In this document: positions 35,912 to 49,302 of the stretch, one piece after another
How positions within the stretch are numbered: position 1 is the stretch's first letter
Layout: every line of letters starts with the position of its first letter
NCBI GenBank assembly: GCA_973895155.1
Contig: OZ316891.1
Span: 30,449,112-30,513,111, forward strand
Direction of reading: 5' to 3'
DNA length: 64,000 nt
Source of the DNA: Marsupella aquatica
Taxonomy: Eukaryota; Plantae; Marchantiophyta
Translations under genes and position numbers: made by a program
Notes under the pieces: model-generated
Database searches by the model: none
Seen by the model: the letters and a program-made list of their open reading frames with translations, nothing else
Told to the model about the DNA's origin: nothing

Positions 35912-38017
35912 TTGATTTGCGGAGCAGATCATACTTATACTTCGGATCAAAAAGAGGACACAAACGATGGAACTGCTCTAGCCCATCAATAGTGCTCTAA
36001 GGGTAGGAAAATACAGCTCAACAATTCGGGACGTCATCTTCGATCAACGCCGCAAATTAGCAAGTAGTGGAGCCCCTCGAATTAGATTTTACGAACTGTA
36101 GAGTAGGGTCGTGTAGATGCAGAGGTTCTCCCCTCAAACTTGAAGTTTAGATACATCTACAGTAGTTCAATTCATGTCTACATTAGTGTAGTCACAAAGA
36201 TTCATCACTCACCTACTAGGACTTTCATTACTAACGGGATACTGGCTAAAGTCCTGGCAGGTCATCATAGCTAGGAAATTTTGATATCTTCATATCAAGA
36301 TCGTTGTGTTAGCTTGTAAATATTTTTGCACAACTCGTCGTATGTAGAAATCGAAACATTCCACAGTGGCTCCATACGTTAAAATGAATATTTCCACTGT
36401 AACTGGAAATGTCGAATCAAAAGATCATTGATTCAACTCTCGCTGGCTCCATACGGTAAATAAAGGAGATGATCGAACATCCCGAAAATTTGTGCGACTC
36501 ATTTTAGGTTCCAATATGTTTCTTCCGTGCATGGTTGAACTACAGTTGGTTTTGCGGTAGCATTTCTCAAGAAACCGGGAAAGGTCAGTGATGTGTGAAG
36601 CACGGTCCATCACCATCAATTTTCGACGAAGGTATGTCATATGATTGTGTATATCCTGTCAAATCAATACACTTATTGGGTGACACCCCCATCGGAACTT
36701 ACTGCACAAACCCAAATCTATCGGAATCTTCACGGAAACGCTCGCTAGCTTAAGTGCATGGGACTGCAGTGCATCAGCCTACTGTAATTCACTCATTAAA
36801 GCATGAAACAGCGAGTTCTCGTCACGTAAGGTGAGGTACTGGCAAAGATAGGGACGGAACTCAAGGGGTGTCCCAAATTATTGGATTAGGCAGGTATTGT
36901 AATGTTTGAAAAATTGCTCACTCAGGTCCTTTACCGATGTTTCGATCATATGACTTGTGAGGATCTTACGATCAAATGACTTGTGAGGATCGAACGCTCG
37001 AATTGAAGCAGGTATGGTATATGATCGAGAAGCTCCTTAATTAGTTTCCATTATCCAAGAATACGGAGCTAGAAAAGGCCAGCCTTGAATGATTTAATTT
37101 AACTTGTCTCGTACTGCATGCCCAGAGCAACTTCCTATGGTGAGCAACTTCCTATGGTCTTGGTTAAGTCTGGTCAAGTCGTGTGAAGCTAGAACAAGTC
37201 AGAATGAATGAGAATTCAATAAATGGAGAATAAAGATACTGTTTGAAAAGCGGCTCAGGTACGAACCGATATTTCCATCAAATGACTTGAGAGGATGAAC
37301 GCTAGAATTGAAGCACGTATTTGAGAAGCTCCTTAGTTTCCATTATCCAAAAATAGGGAGCTAGAAAGGGCCAGCCATGATTCGACTTGTCTCGGATGAA
37401 CAAATGCCCAGAGAAAATTCCCATGCTCGTCGTCAAGCCTTGCAAAGTCAAGCTAGAACAAGAATGAAATAGCAAAAAAATAGTTTGAACGGACGGCCGA
37501 TACATGGCTGCGCCTGAACAGGAAGAAAAAGTCTGTCCGAGAACTAAAGTAGCCTTGCAGAAGACATGAAGTTGTAGACCTGCCGACTAAGAAGCTGAAG
37601 GAATCTACCTTAGACTTCAGGCAATTATTGCAAATAAGTTCCCCTCTGTTGTCTTCATATGCTAGTTGTACGTTGAGGTGCTGACGATATGGTCTTGGAT
37701 TCTGCAGACACAACGACGACTATCACATGAGCAAATCTTGAAACAAAGGGAGAGACGGTGCATGGTCCAAGCAAGCAGTGATTGGGAAACCTTGGGAAAC
37801 CTACGCAGACTGCTTCAATGGGGACAATATGCGCAAGTACTCGCAGCACGGAGTAGCCTACCTCACGCCAGATGCTTTTTGCAAGTGATATTGTCTGGCT
37901 GGATCAAACATCTAATGCCAGTCTCAGCCTAGCTACGGAAAGTGGTTGATACAGCCGCGTTGGAGTATTAAAATCAAACACGTTCATTGACAAAGTAATA
38001 CGAGAACTAGCTAAAAA

Positions 38018-40959
38018 GATTAAGCACGAAAGACAATCTCGAGGACAATCAATGCCCCTAATCATACTAATCCGGGCAGGGAACCCTTCGGGCAGTTTTT
38101 GCTGCCACGTTGCCCTTTCAGGACCGGCCCAGGTCCTGCACGCCAGGCAAGCAGGTCCCGCTCGCCTTGGCGCCCTCCACCCTGCAAATGCCCTCCGTCC
38201 GCCCTTCACCCGTCCATGACCAACTCCATGCCAAAATGCCAAATGATGAACCCCAGAGTTAAGAGGAATGTGTTTCCCCTTGAATCTCACATTTGTGAGC
38301 GTTAGACGATTTGGAGGGTACGCTGTCACCAGCTCTTGAAGAGCTTCTAATCCTTGGAAGGTAGGGTCATTCTTGAAAGGTCTTTGTAGGGCATTTTTCA
38401 GAAAGTAGAACAATGGCTTCTCATTAGAATCCTTAATGATAATATCTTCACCATGCCACACTGGTAGATCAACAATGGAAAAGAATTGATGCTTTTGTTG
38501 AATCAAGTCTTCAACACTGGTGTCGATTTTGTTTACCTGAAATTTTCCCAATAAAAACCTGAAAATCTTCCAAAACCTTGGATTCTGCTCCCATTCGTAA
38601 GTTGCAGATGTTTTAGGTCGTCTAGAACCTAATCCTTCACTTTTCTCAAAGTCTTCATCTCGCTTTCTCTTTCCAGGTTGCCCTGAAAAATAATCCACAT
38701 TCTTTCGATCTTCTTTTACTTCTTTATGTTTTGGTTTCATTTTTTTTAAATACTTGGTCCTGGTTGAGATGTACAGTTATACTCCCCTCAACTAGAATGT
38801 TAACGCAGTTACGTACACAGGTGACCAAGTATTTAAAAAAAAACTTCAAAGAGAGAATTGAAGTAAATAAGATTTTGATTGTCCTTATGCAGATTGGACC
38901 ACGGTAATCTATTTAGAACTCTGCAAAGATAAGTGAAAAAGAAAGGCTTTATCAAAGAACAGATCACATAGCACATAGACCAAAATCTATTGACAATTCT
39001 GCAAATCTATCTAGATTTTTGCACAGGCATCTGAAAAGGAAAGTTTTCGTAAAAGAACAGATCACAGAGTCACTCCAACCAAAAGATTGTTCGCCGTCAG
39101 CCTTTGCATAAAAAATGTGCATTAAACTCAGTAGAGTAAACTGAAAAGCAAATTTTTGTAAAAAAACAGATCAAAGAGTCACGGCCACCAAAAAAATTGT
39201 CCAGATTTGCATATAAAATCGCATTAAACTCTGTAAAGTGCCAGACTGTGTACAATGTTGGACTTTGCATGAAAGAATGAATGAAAATTAGAGAAGAGAA
39301 AGAAATGAATGAAAGACAAGAAACTGACAAACTTTCTTGGGAACCCATAGTCCACTTAGGGCACAAAAGAAAACTTCTTGGAATAAGCAATATAAGTACC
39401 TTGTGAAATGGATTCTGAATTGTTTCCTTCACGCTTTCACTTGCTGGCTCTTTTAAAACTAGCTTCTCAATAGCCATAGCTATAGATGTCGGCCCCACTG
39501 TATTCCAAGCAATATCCTTGTTGCTTTAATTTGATTCTCTTCCAGATCTATTACGTCGGTAGTCCTTTCCAATCTGCTAAGTCCTTATGAATCTGCTTAG
39601 TCCTCTCTGACTTTGCTGAACCTTAGAGATGCTAAAAATTTCCAATCCCCGTAGCCATAGTGTCTCACATGGCCCCACTCTAGTCCAAATCATCTAGATG
39701 TTGGTGCCTCTTCCAATCCCCTTAGCCTTTCGACATCGGCTCAATCCAGTCCAATCTACTCAGCCCTTATGAATCTGCTAATTTTCTTGCTCAGCTATCG
39801 GGTGGATATGCTCAACACTGTTCTTTGTCCCCTTCCACACCTAAAAAGACTCAACTAGCTCCCGCTGTCCCCAACAAAACCAGACTGGAAAACCAAGCAC
39901 AGCCCTTCACTCCTAATTCTTTTTGACCCCTTCCTATCCAACATGAAAAGGAGCAACCCTAAACTCCTTTCCCCATTACGGGGTGGATGAGTGGGAGTCC
40001 TGAGAATTTTCTCTTCAATAGGTTTAACCTTTGAAGTAACTTAGCTGGGAAGATAAGGTTGGGATTGAATTTTTCTGACCTCCCCTTAACATATCTTATA
40101 GAATAGAATCCCATTATCATTATCATTTATCAATATGATATTTTTAAGTGACTCTCATTAAACTTGAATTGTGTCTTATTAAGGGCTACTCTTTTGTAAT
40201 TCAAGTGAATTTGAATTCTATTATACCCTTGAGTTTTTCTGATTAATTAAGTAGGTACTCATTTTATTCCCGTATAAATTTCTCCCTATCCAAATTCTTT
40301 TTTGGCTATTTATGAGGCCCACACTCAATTGAGCCCACGAATGCATCCCCATATCTTAACCACTATCCTATGAAAAAAATCATTGTAGCACTTAAATCCT
40401 TTGTATATCCATATTTGTCTGCCATTTGAGAGCAATTTTGAAACTATATCAGGCCTATATTACCTCTTAGGATTTGTATATCTATATTTGCCCGCCATTT
40501 GAGCGCAATTTTGAAAGCGTACCAGGCCTATGTTACCTCATAGGATGTAGAGAATGAATGTATCGAACGACATACTCAATACATTGACACTGATTTGCAC
40601 AGGCGGACCCTTTGTCGGTAGTGACTGAAGTAGAGAATGAATGTATCGAACGACATACTCAATACAGGCAGATTCGGCCGACGGGGTTGTGTAACGGACT
40701 TGATGAGATGGCTTCCCGACGGGGGTGTTGTGGGACCCACTCTGGTTGACGGACGGGTGAAGGGCGGACGGAGGGCTGGCGAAGGGCATTTGTAGGGTGG
40801 AGGGCGCCAAGGTGAGCGGGACCTGCTTGCCTGGTGTGCAGGACCTGGGCCGGTCCTGAAAGGGCAACGTGGCAGCAAAAACTGCCCGAAGGGTTCCCTG
40901 CCCGGATTAGTACGATTAGGGGCATTGATTGTCCTCGAGATTGTCTTTCGTGCTTAATC
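38018..40959. mobile_element. Non-autonomous TIR DNA transposon, 2.9 kb, ~200-bp TIRs
   Basis: GATTAAGCACGAAAGACAATCTCGAGG... at 38018 is the reverse complement of ...TTTCGTGCTTAATC ending 40959; TAAAAA on both sides (38012-38017, 40960-40965). Confidence 0.9.
38217..38740 (-). pseudogene. Captured gene fragment cut off by the left TIR; tentatively the N-terminal part of a TET/JBP-like 2OG-Fe(II) dioxygenase
   Basis: Protein-like frame IIIKDSNEKPLFYFLKNAL...LQELVTAYPP...GVHHLAFWHGVGH runs directly into TIR sequence; the family call is from memory only. Confidence 0.4.
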
Positions 40960-40982
40960 TAAAAAGGTGGTGCAGGTACGTG

Positions 40983-41112
40983 ATAATGTAGGCATCCACG
41001 CTAATAATTGTGACCAATGTAGGCCATCAACGCTAATAATTGTGACCAATGTAGGCATCAACGGTAACAACTGTGACCAATGTAGGCATCAACGGTAATA
41101 ACTGTGACCAAT
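40983..41112. repeat. Minisatellite, ~4 copies of ~31 bp
   Basis: TGTGACCAATGTAGGCATCAACG(C/G)TAA repeated. Confidence 0.85.
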
Positions 41113-41810
41113 CTGCTTAGCGCAACTATCAATAACCTTGACTACTGTAGCTCTAATCACCTGTTCTTTGAATAAATATAGACGAAGACAATAAAAACAG
41201 TCAAAAAAATTATCTATGTTATTTAAATGTCCTGTTTATATTGCCCCATCCGCATTTTTGTTCACCCTCACTTTGTTGACATTAACACGGGCTAAGAGTT
41301 ATGGTCCGAGTATATACATGTAGAGATTAACACGGGTAGAGGGCCGAAAGTAAGGGACAAATTAAAACTGGTCCAGAGGAGAATGTATATTCTAACATTC
41401 TCACTAGCCATCAGTTGAGATCCATCACTACTCCCATCAAGCCAACAGATGAGAGTAGCACACAACCACTGATGCATACAAGTGGAGCATAAGTGAGATT
41501 GGTTGGCTTCCAACTTGCAGGACAACCCAGGGTGGGTGGTCTCAACTTGCCATTCGGCGGGGCTTTTGTCACACACGTGTGTGCAACAGACCATAACTTA
41601 AGATTTGTCAGAGATCTCAAAGAGCTAGTATGTGGGTGTGTTACAGAGCGGGCGACAAACTAAGGCTATCAAGGGGGAAGGTCAGTAGTGGACCTACAAC
41701 CATAAACAAGCCATCATTCAATGCTCTGGCTTAGACCAGAAATGGGTTCTTCACCATCTCAGATACCACATGACTGTACCACCTTTGCACATCCAAAAAT
41801 TATGACACTA

Positions 41811-43558
41811 CTAGCTCAATACTCGTGCGTTGCACAAAAGATGTCGTGTCGGCCAAGATTTGGTGTTGACAAAAAAGATGTCGTGTCGGCCAAGAGGTCA
41901 TAGAGAAAAAAGATGTTGTGTCGGCCAAGAGGTCATTGAGAAAAAGATGTCGTGTTGACCAAGACTTTATTGAGAAAAAAAATGTCATGTCGGCCAAGAA
42001 GTCGTTGAGACAAAGGATGTCATGTCAGCTAAGAAGTCATTGAGGAAAAAATGTTGTTTCAGCCAAGAAGTCATTGAGACAAAGGATGTTGTGTTGGCTA
42101 AGAAGTCATTGAGAAAAAATGTCATGTCGGCCAAGACGTCATTGAGAGAAAAGATGTGTTGGCCAAGATGTCGTTGAGGAAAAATACCTGTGTGTTGCAC
42201 AAAAGATGTCATGAAGTAAAAAGATATTGTTAATAAAAAAGATGTTAATAAAAAGAGATCATTTTGCCAAAGACGTCATCATATGAAAGATGTTGTTAAA
42301 GATATCGTGAAGTAAAAGCCCAGTAAAAGATTTTAAAAGAAAAAAGTTGTCGTTTCACCCAAGCTGTCGTTATGTGAAAGATGTTGTGAAGCAAAAATTC
42401 AAGGAGGGAAGGAGTGAGTCGACCAAGAGTCAGGGTTGTCACGGCTTGATCCCGGGCTCAATGCTGTTGTCAGGGCCTGCATCCAAGGGGCGGCATGGTT
42501 TTTTGGTCCTATTCCTTTGTCTTTGTCCTTGTCTTTTTCTTGTTTTGTTTTATTTTTTACCCAAAATGCCCATGCATTTGAATGACGACCACTCCATACT
42601 AGGCGAGGGGCTGCCCTACATTGTGAGTGTGCCCCTCAACGCCCGTGCCATGCGCTTCACTATGTCTTTGGGCTGTTGGGAAAAACTGTCATCCAAGATC
42701 GACACAAGAGTCACATCAACAATGTGCACTCCAACAACTCATGCACATCAACGATGAGACTACATAGCATGTAAAAGGTTCACCCAAATGGTCTACGTCC
42801 ACTGTCGTCGAGGAAATCACTAATGATCAAATCATACATGGTCCCGATAGCCTCCTCCGCCGAGGTCTAAGGCGTATCTCCCCTCTAGGTCTTTCATCAA
42901 AGACCTCATTGTGTAGAATGAGTTCCACACTGGAACTCTCTAAGGAGTATGCTTACTAGAGTGAGCCACTCCACAAACTGTGCTAGTGTCTAACTAGAGC
43001 TCAAATGCTAACCGCAATTAGCCGAGTACAAGGTAGAGGCAATACCTAACATGGGCCTTATTATTTTTGTTGTCTGGCATTGAAAATGGAAGTGCAAATG
43101 CCTGTAAAAATCACCTCAAATATTGGGAGAAAAGTTTTTTATTGATTAGCGTATGCAATATTCTATTGACTAAAATACTTTTAGCAATTAAACTCTTCAT
43201 ACCAGTATTACGCAAAACTAACAAAACTATACTTCATCACAATATTGAATATGTACAAAACTTACTTGCATGTGAATATGTACAAAATTTCTTTGCATGG
43301 ATGGAGCTAGGGAGGATCCTCCTTGATTCTTGTGCATCCTCGTGCATTGTTAAAGTATTTCACTTTTTGTGTTGGTGTCTCGTATGATTATTTGTTGTTT
43401 GTCTTGAACAATGGTGTAACTTTTTGTGAGTCGCACTAAATTCAAGTCACACTTTGGCTTTATTACTTACCTTTGACCAGAGTTTTAAATTTCTGTGCCT
43501 TCTAAATTTGAATGACGACCAAGCCATTTTTGGCACAACCTTGTATTATAGGAGTTAA
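41811..43558 (-). mobile_element. Non-autonomous Helitron-like element
   Basis: Minus-strand 3' end GTGCAACGCACGAGTATTGAGCTAG followed by T; internal AAGATGTCGTGTCGGCCAAGA repeats; other end AACCTTGTATTATAGGAGTTAA is shared with the second copy. Confidence 0.7.
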
Positions 43559-44429
43559 TGAATGCCTCAGACTGTATAGTCACCATTATGAGATGTACCT
43601 GGCAGATTTAGATTTGCCCAATGCTTGTTTAGTTAATTACCACCCTTTAAGGTGCAGTTGTTAATTTGTTCATTGTACAAGGTGACTGCATGATCTAGCT
43701 ACAATTTCATAGTATACTCAAGTGCTCTTGTCAAATAAGTAATTCTGCTGTCAGGTTGCACTCTTTGGACATCTCGTACTGGCTTCCCTTAGTTAGTGTA
43801 CTGCACCAATCAGATTGGATATATGCATGATATTACTTTTGTAATTGGCACCTTGCTCTTATCAATAATGTTTATTCACTTTATTGTATACATCATGTTG
43901 AATTGTTGTGGTAAATGTATGTAAACACTTGTAGAGAGTCAGTCCTTATTGTTAGGAAAATAAATGAAGCCTAGATGAAGCTTCTATGGATTTTGCAACC
44001 CATATGGACGGCTCTTAGGCACAATCTAAACTCTATCATGTGTGATTCCGTTCTTTCTTTCTCATTCATAGTCTGTTTATGGAATGTAATTTGACTTGAA
44101 GCCTGGCTCCCTGGCCATTTGATTAAATATGATAATAATAATAAAATTTCCTAACCAGGACATGGACTTAAAATGTGCCACTGTGCACCTTTGCCATACC
44201 AATTGCAAGACCGTCATTCTCCCTCAAGCTTGGCACACTCCTTGGAATCCAGTTGACAGACCACTGGGCAACTCCATGGACACTTCCCGGTATTATATGG
44301 CTAGTGGAAATTTAAAATCAGCTGCACAAGCTTTGGCTTGTACATAACCTATTGAACCGAATTTCCACTTTTCCCTTTTCCTTATTTTTGTTCAAAATAT
44401 TTGTAAAATAAGATTCCTTCATGTTGTAA

Positions 44430-45592
44430 CTAGCTCAATACTCGTGCGTTGCACAAAAGATGTCATGTCGCCCAAGATGTCGTGTCCTCTAAAATGTCAT
44501 TAAGACAGAAAGATGTTGTGTCATCCAAGATGTCGTGTCCTCTAAGATGTCATTAAGACAAAGAGATGTTGTGTCGCCCAAGATGTCATTAAGAAAAAGT
44601 ATGTTGTGTCGCCCAAGATGCCATTAAGAAAAAAAGATGTGATGTTGCCCAAGATGTCGTTAAGAAAGAAAATGTCATGTTTCCCTGAAGATGACATGAA
44701 GAAAAAAAATGTTTTGTCGCCCACTCTGTCATTAATAAAGAAAAAAGATATTGTGAGAAATAGAGATGTTGAGCTAAGAAAAAGAAGTAGAGCAAAATCT
44801 ATGTCAAGGAGAGAAAAGATGACAATGTAACAAAAATTTGTGAAGATGAGGAAAAGATGTCGAGGGTCAAGGAAAGATGTTATGGTGAGATAAAAATGTG
44901 AAGGTGAGAAACAAGGTCAGATGTAGAGGTGAAAACAAATGTCAATGAGAAAAGAGATGTTAAGGTGAGACAAAGAAGTCAAGGTGAAGAAAAGATGTCG
45001 AGGAGAGAAAAAATATGGTGAAGTGAAAAAAAGACAGATTAATTAATTAAAAACTAAAAACGTCTCAATCTTAATAATTAATTAATTTTATCTTGGTTGG
45101 GTTTGGGTAGGCTATGGGGTAGCTTGGGCTGAGGTAATTGAGATTAATAGAGATATGGATGGATCGTACAATTTTTAAAAAACAAATTTTTACTTAAGAC
45201 CCAAGATTGTTCCCATTTTTTCTTGATTTTATAAATAATATCATATCCATTTTTTAGAGGATATGGTATATAGTGACTTATGATACTCTTGCATACAACA
45301 TGGTAGGTACCTTTTTTGTCTTTTGTTTCCACCATTAGATTCTTTTTTGTGTGAAAAGTGCATGCAACAGGGTTAGTTGCATTTTTTGTTAGTTGCATTT
45401 TTTGTTTTGTGTGTCCACCAATTTGATTACTGTTTGTGTGAAAAGATTTCCTGTACTTTTTGGTTCACTCTATATTTAATTTGCTTTCGGTTTTATCCCT
45501 TCTCTTTATTGATTACTTCCTTTTTTGGAACTGTATTTTTGAATGACGACCACGGCATAAAAAGACACGCAACCTTGTATTATAGAAGTTAA
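44430..45592 (-). mobile_element. Second non-autonomous Helitron-like element of the same family
   Basis: Same CTAGCTCAATACTCGTGCGTTGCAC end; removing it gives ATGTTGTAA|TTGATGACCCCAAGG, which matches the uninterrupted paralogous site at ~46303. Confidence 0.75.
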
Positions 45593-48399
45593 TTGATGAC
45601 CCCAAGGACTTGTTAAGAGTACTAGTAGATTCCCATGTGACAATTTGTGTTCTTTGGCAGTGTTTGTATATTAGTACGCTACGCATCATACGGTATGGAC
45701 CAATCCTTGAACGTCCTGTATAAAAAGGTAAGATGCCCCAAGTGTTAGATGGAATGGCTAGGTAGATAATAAATGACACATCAATGATAATATATGGTGT
45801 GCACTCATTATTAAAAGAATACAATGAGGCTTGTCATGGTTTGGAACGAGGTACGGAGGGCCCGATGCAAGGATGCTGTACACCGTATATATTGTATTTT
45901 GACCTAGCCTATGTCCAGTTACCGAGACCCAATGGCTAGGCTGGCATCCAAACTTCTTGGGAGTGCCAATAGTTTTGGAAAAGTGCCCAACATTTTTGGA
46001 AGTGTGTTCAAAAATCTATTTTAAATATTATTTTCAACATTTTGAGATTATCCTTATGCTGTACTTTTGGTAACCCTCAATCTTGCAACTACCTAAAATT
46101 GAGGCCAATAATAAAATCGATCCTATTGTTCTTATCAAAACAAAAACAAAAAAGTCTTCCCTAAGAACTGACAAAAGCGGACACTATGTTTCACGCATGA
46201 TATGCTGATTTGGGGCGGTGAGACCCTGGAGTCTTTTTCATAGACTCCACTTTTCCCTCTCCTTATATTTTGTTCAAAATATAATATAATGAGATTTTCT
46301 CCATGTTGGAATTGATGAACCCAAGGACTTGCTAAGAGTAGTATATTTTGGGATGGGGAACTTTTGGTTGGTATGGCACTTTTGGTTCTTTGGCAGTGTT
46401 GTATGCATAATTGGGCGTGTCAAAACAGGGCAGTAAGACAGTGAGGTATGACCAAGGACATGAAATTGGCAGGGACAAAAACTTTATGGGATTCCTAAGT
46501 AGATACATGATCCGTAAGGATCAGACGATCAAAAAGTCATAGCCATACGACTCAGGCAGTGCTTTGAGACACCTTAACAGTACACCACTCATCACAAGGA
46601 CCAATCCTGAATGCCATGTTCCCTAAACTCTACTGATAGCGCCTCCCATGGCATCTGAATCCCTTTGAATTGACATAGGGCCAACACTATACCCCATTAT
46701 GGGTCTATCAACTATGACAAACGTTAGCATCCGTAGCTATAACTTTCTGCTTGTCCTAGTTGATGAATCCAAGGACTAGTCAAAGTCTTAACCACAACTA
46801 CCCATATAAGGGGGGAGATGTCCAAGACTTCCTCTTTTTACACATTTCACTCATCTCTTTTTTCTAAGGTGCCCTTCTGCTCCACGGTTTTAGGAAACGT
46901 TTATTGTTTCTAGAAGAATGCAAAAAATTTGGATCCTAAGGACAGTGAGGGATATGATTAATAGACCCCTTAATAGTTTGCTTGATCAGCCCCTTCAAAA
47001 CATTTTTGCCACAATCGACCCCCCTCTTTATGGTCTGTACCCTTTTTCCTTCTAAAAGTTCGTATAAAGTGAGTTTCTGCCTTACAACGACCAAACTGGG
47101 TCACTTGTCACTGTAGCCATTTCAACCACAAACCATGCTCAAATCACACTGATTGAGGGCTGTCAAGCCGCAACCCTTCCCGGACTGCAAACTGAACTGT
47201 AGGCATTGAACGTTTGCACCGCTTGTACATCGACATTAGGGTTATTCTCATGCAAAGACATTGACATGAATGTCTTTAGTTTGTAAATGTCATTCTGTAA
47301 TTTTTTGATATCCTCCCAAATGTCCCGTCTCTTTTGTCCATGCTGAAACGGTGACGACTTCTCCGCGGCTTTTCACATGATGCATGGTTCACATGTACAA
47401 CTGAAGTGAGGTGTAAGGAATGAGAGGATATCAAAACAACTCACTAAACCTTAAATACCCTTTCATATGGAGAGTTTCTATAATTTAATTGGTAATGTAA
47501 GATCATGATTCAGTCAAACCTGGTTTGAGGCATTCATTAACTTCTATAATCAAACTATCTCCAGGAGGGGGTCTATTAAGCATATCACTCTAAGGAAGGT
47601 AGCTCTTGGATGGGCAGCTGTGGTTTATTATTAAATCTAACTTAGAGTGTGAGTTGCTAAATGTCTGGTGTTGTTATAGACAGTGCTTATTGGGTGCTTG
47701 TTGGGCAGCTTCCATCCATGGTTTTCGTCACAAAGTATCCCTGATTTTCTTCTTTTTCCCCTTTCTCACAGACTACTGTAGCGACGGACTTTCTTGTACG
47801 AATTTGTTCACCACGAAAGTATATACTAACGAAACTCTACACGCGAGGTTCTTTTCCACACTAAAGTCACTCAGACTCTCGTTCCCGTGTCAATTCATCT
47901 GTTTGTGCCTTGGACCATGAATGATCCGCATGGCTTTTATTAGTTAGTTACAGCATCTCCACGAGAAATGCAAAACGACCCTGAAATTGTCGACGAAAAC
48001 TGACAAGAGAGTTTAATTTGAATGTGGAAGACGACATGTAACTATGATTCTGTCTCGCCGATTTCCTCGGCGGATCACCGTTCATTTACGTGGAGATGGT
48101 CGCTTACTCTTATCAGTTAGCGAAAATCTGCGAGAGATCTCGTTGATTCATACATGGTTTTGTCTAGGCAGCAAAGAAATGATCACCCTCGCAATTGAAC
48201 GTAACGATGCATTGTATATAAATTGGATCCACTGCACCGACGACACAGTTTATGTTGAAGCAGCAAAGAAATGGTCACCCCTTGCAATGAACGTAACGAT
48301 GCACATTGTGTATAAATTGGATCCACTGCACCGGCCACACAGTTTATGTTGAAAGCCTGGAGATCGAGTAAGTTGCTTCGTTTCAATCCAAGTCTAACA

Positions 48400-48747
48400 A
48401 TGAGTTCCAAACTCTCGCTAGCCCTCGTGCTACTGGCCGTGGCCGTATCTTCCAATGTGCTGGGGGTTCACAGCTGCGTAAGATTTGCAGCAAGTTACGC
48501 TGACATTCCTCGCAATCCTCTGACTATAGCCGGAACTATTTACGACAATCCCGGCCTAGAGTGCACGATTTTCGGTTCCCCCAACAGTGATGGTCTGTAC
48601 ACTTTCAACTGCAATACCGGGTTTGCGGCCACTCTCGATCCCAGCAATGGATTTGTCCAATATTCTACTCCCGACGGTAGCTTCCCTTTTTCAGCACCTT
48701 ATTCAAATGGCCTCTGGCGGGCGTGCGCATTCGGTTGCTCTTGTTGA
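48400..48747 (+). CDS. Small secreted cysteine-rich protein (115 aa), intronless
   Basis: Signal peptide MSSKLSLALVLLAVAVSSNVLGVHS, six Cys, ends ACAFGCSC; TATA-like boxes upstream. Confidence 0.75.
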   Translation: MSSKLSLALVLLAVAVSSNVLGVHSCVRFAASYADIPRNPLTIAGTIYDNPGLECTIFGSPNSDGLYTFNCNTGFAATLDPSNGFVQYSTPDGSFPFSAPYSNGLWRACAFGCSC

Positions 48748-49007
48748 ATGATTCTTCGGCTTCAACCGACGATTTGGTGACTTGATCAAGTGACAGCATG
48801 TTTCTAAGTCTTTGTAAGTTGTATACAATATCTTCAGTGATAACCACCTTTCGTCTCGTACTGATTTGTGTAGACCCTTTGCTTGATCCCCCGTGGATGT
48901 AGCGAATCGATGCTTAACATTCTAGCTAGAAATTAAGTCACCGGGCTTGACGGTTCTGAAGTTCTTGTCACGGAAGCAACAGGCTGTACATGTACTTCTC
49001 TTTCAAA

Positions 49008-49302
49008 TTGCTAGTATATAAAGTTACGAGTACTTTACTTCCTGTCTCAGACGAGTATCTTTTCCCAGATTGAGAAGGAAGATCTCTGAGATAAAAGGGG
49101 GACAAGTGTCAATTATTTCTTGCACTCAGGCCCATTGTCCTGACGTTTGAGAATGGAGAAAGGTTTCTTCTGCAATTGCCATTCTGGAAAGCCTTGAATC
49201 GTGTTTTACTGTTGGTGTCAGGAATATCAATGTTCTGTTTCAGTTCTTGAGCTGTCCATTACTTTCATTTCTGTAGTAAAGTACTCGTAACTTTACTAGC
49301 AA
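49008..49302. mobile_element. MITE-like inverted-repeat element
   Basis: TAAAGTTACGAGTACTTTACT (49019-49039) versus AGTAAAGTACTCGTAACTTTA (49275-49295), plus outer TTGCTAGTA/TACTAGCAA; TSD unclear. Confidence 0.55.
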
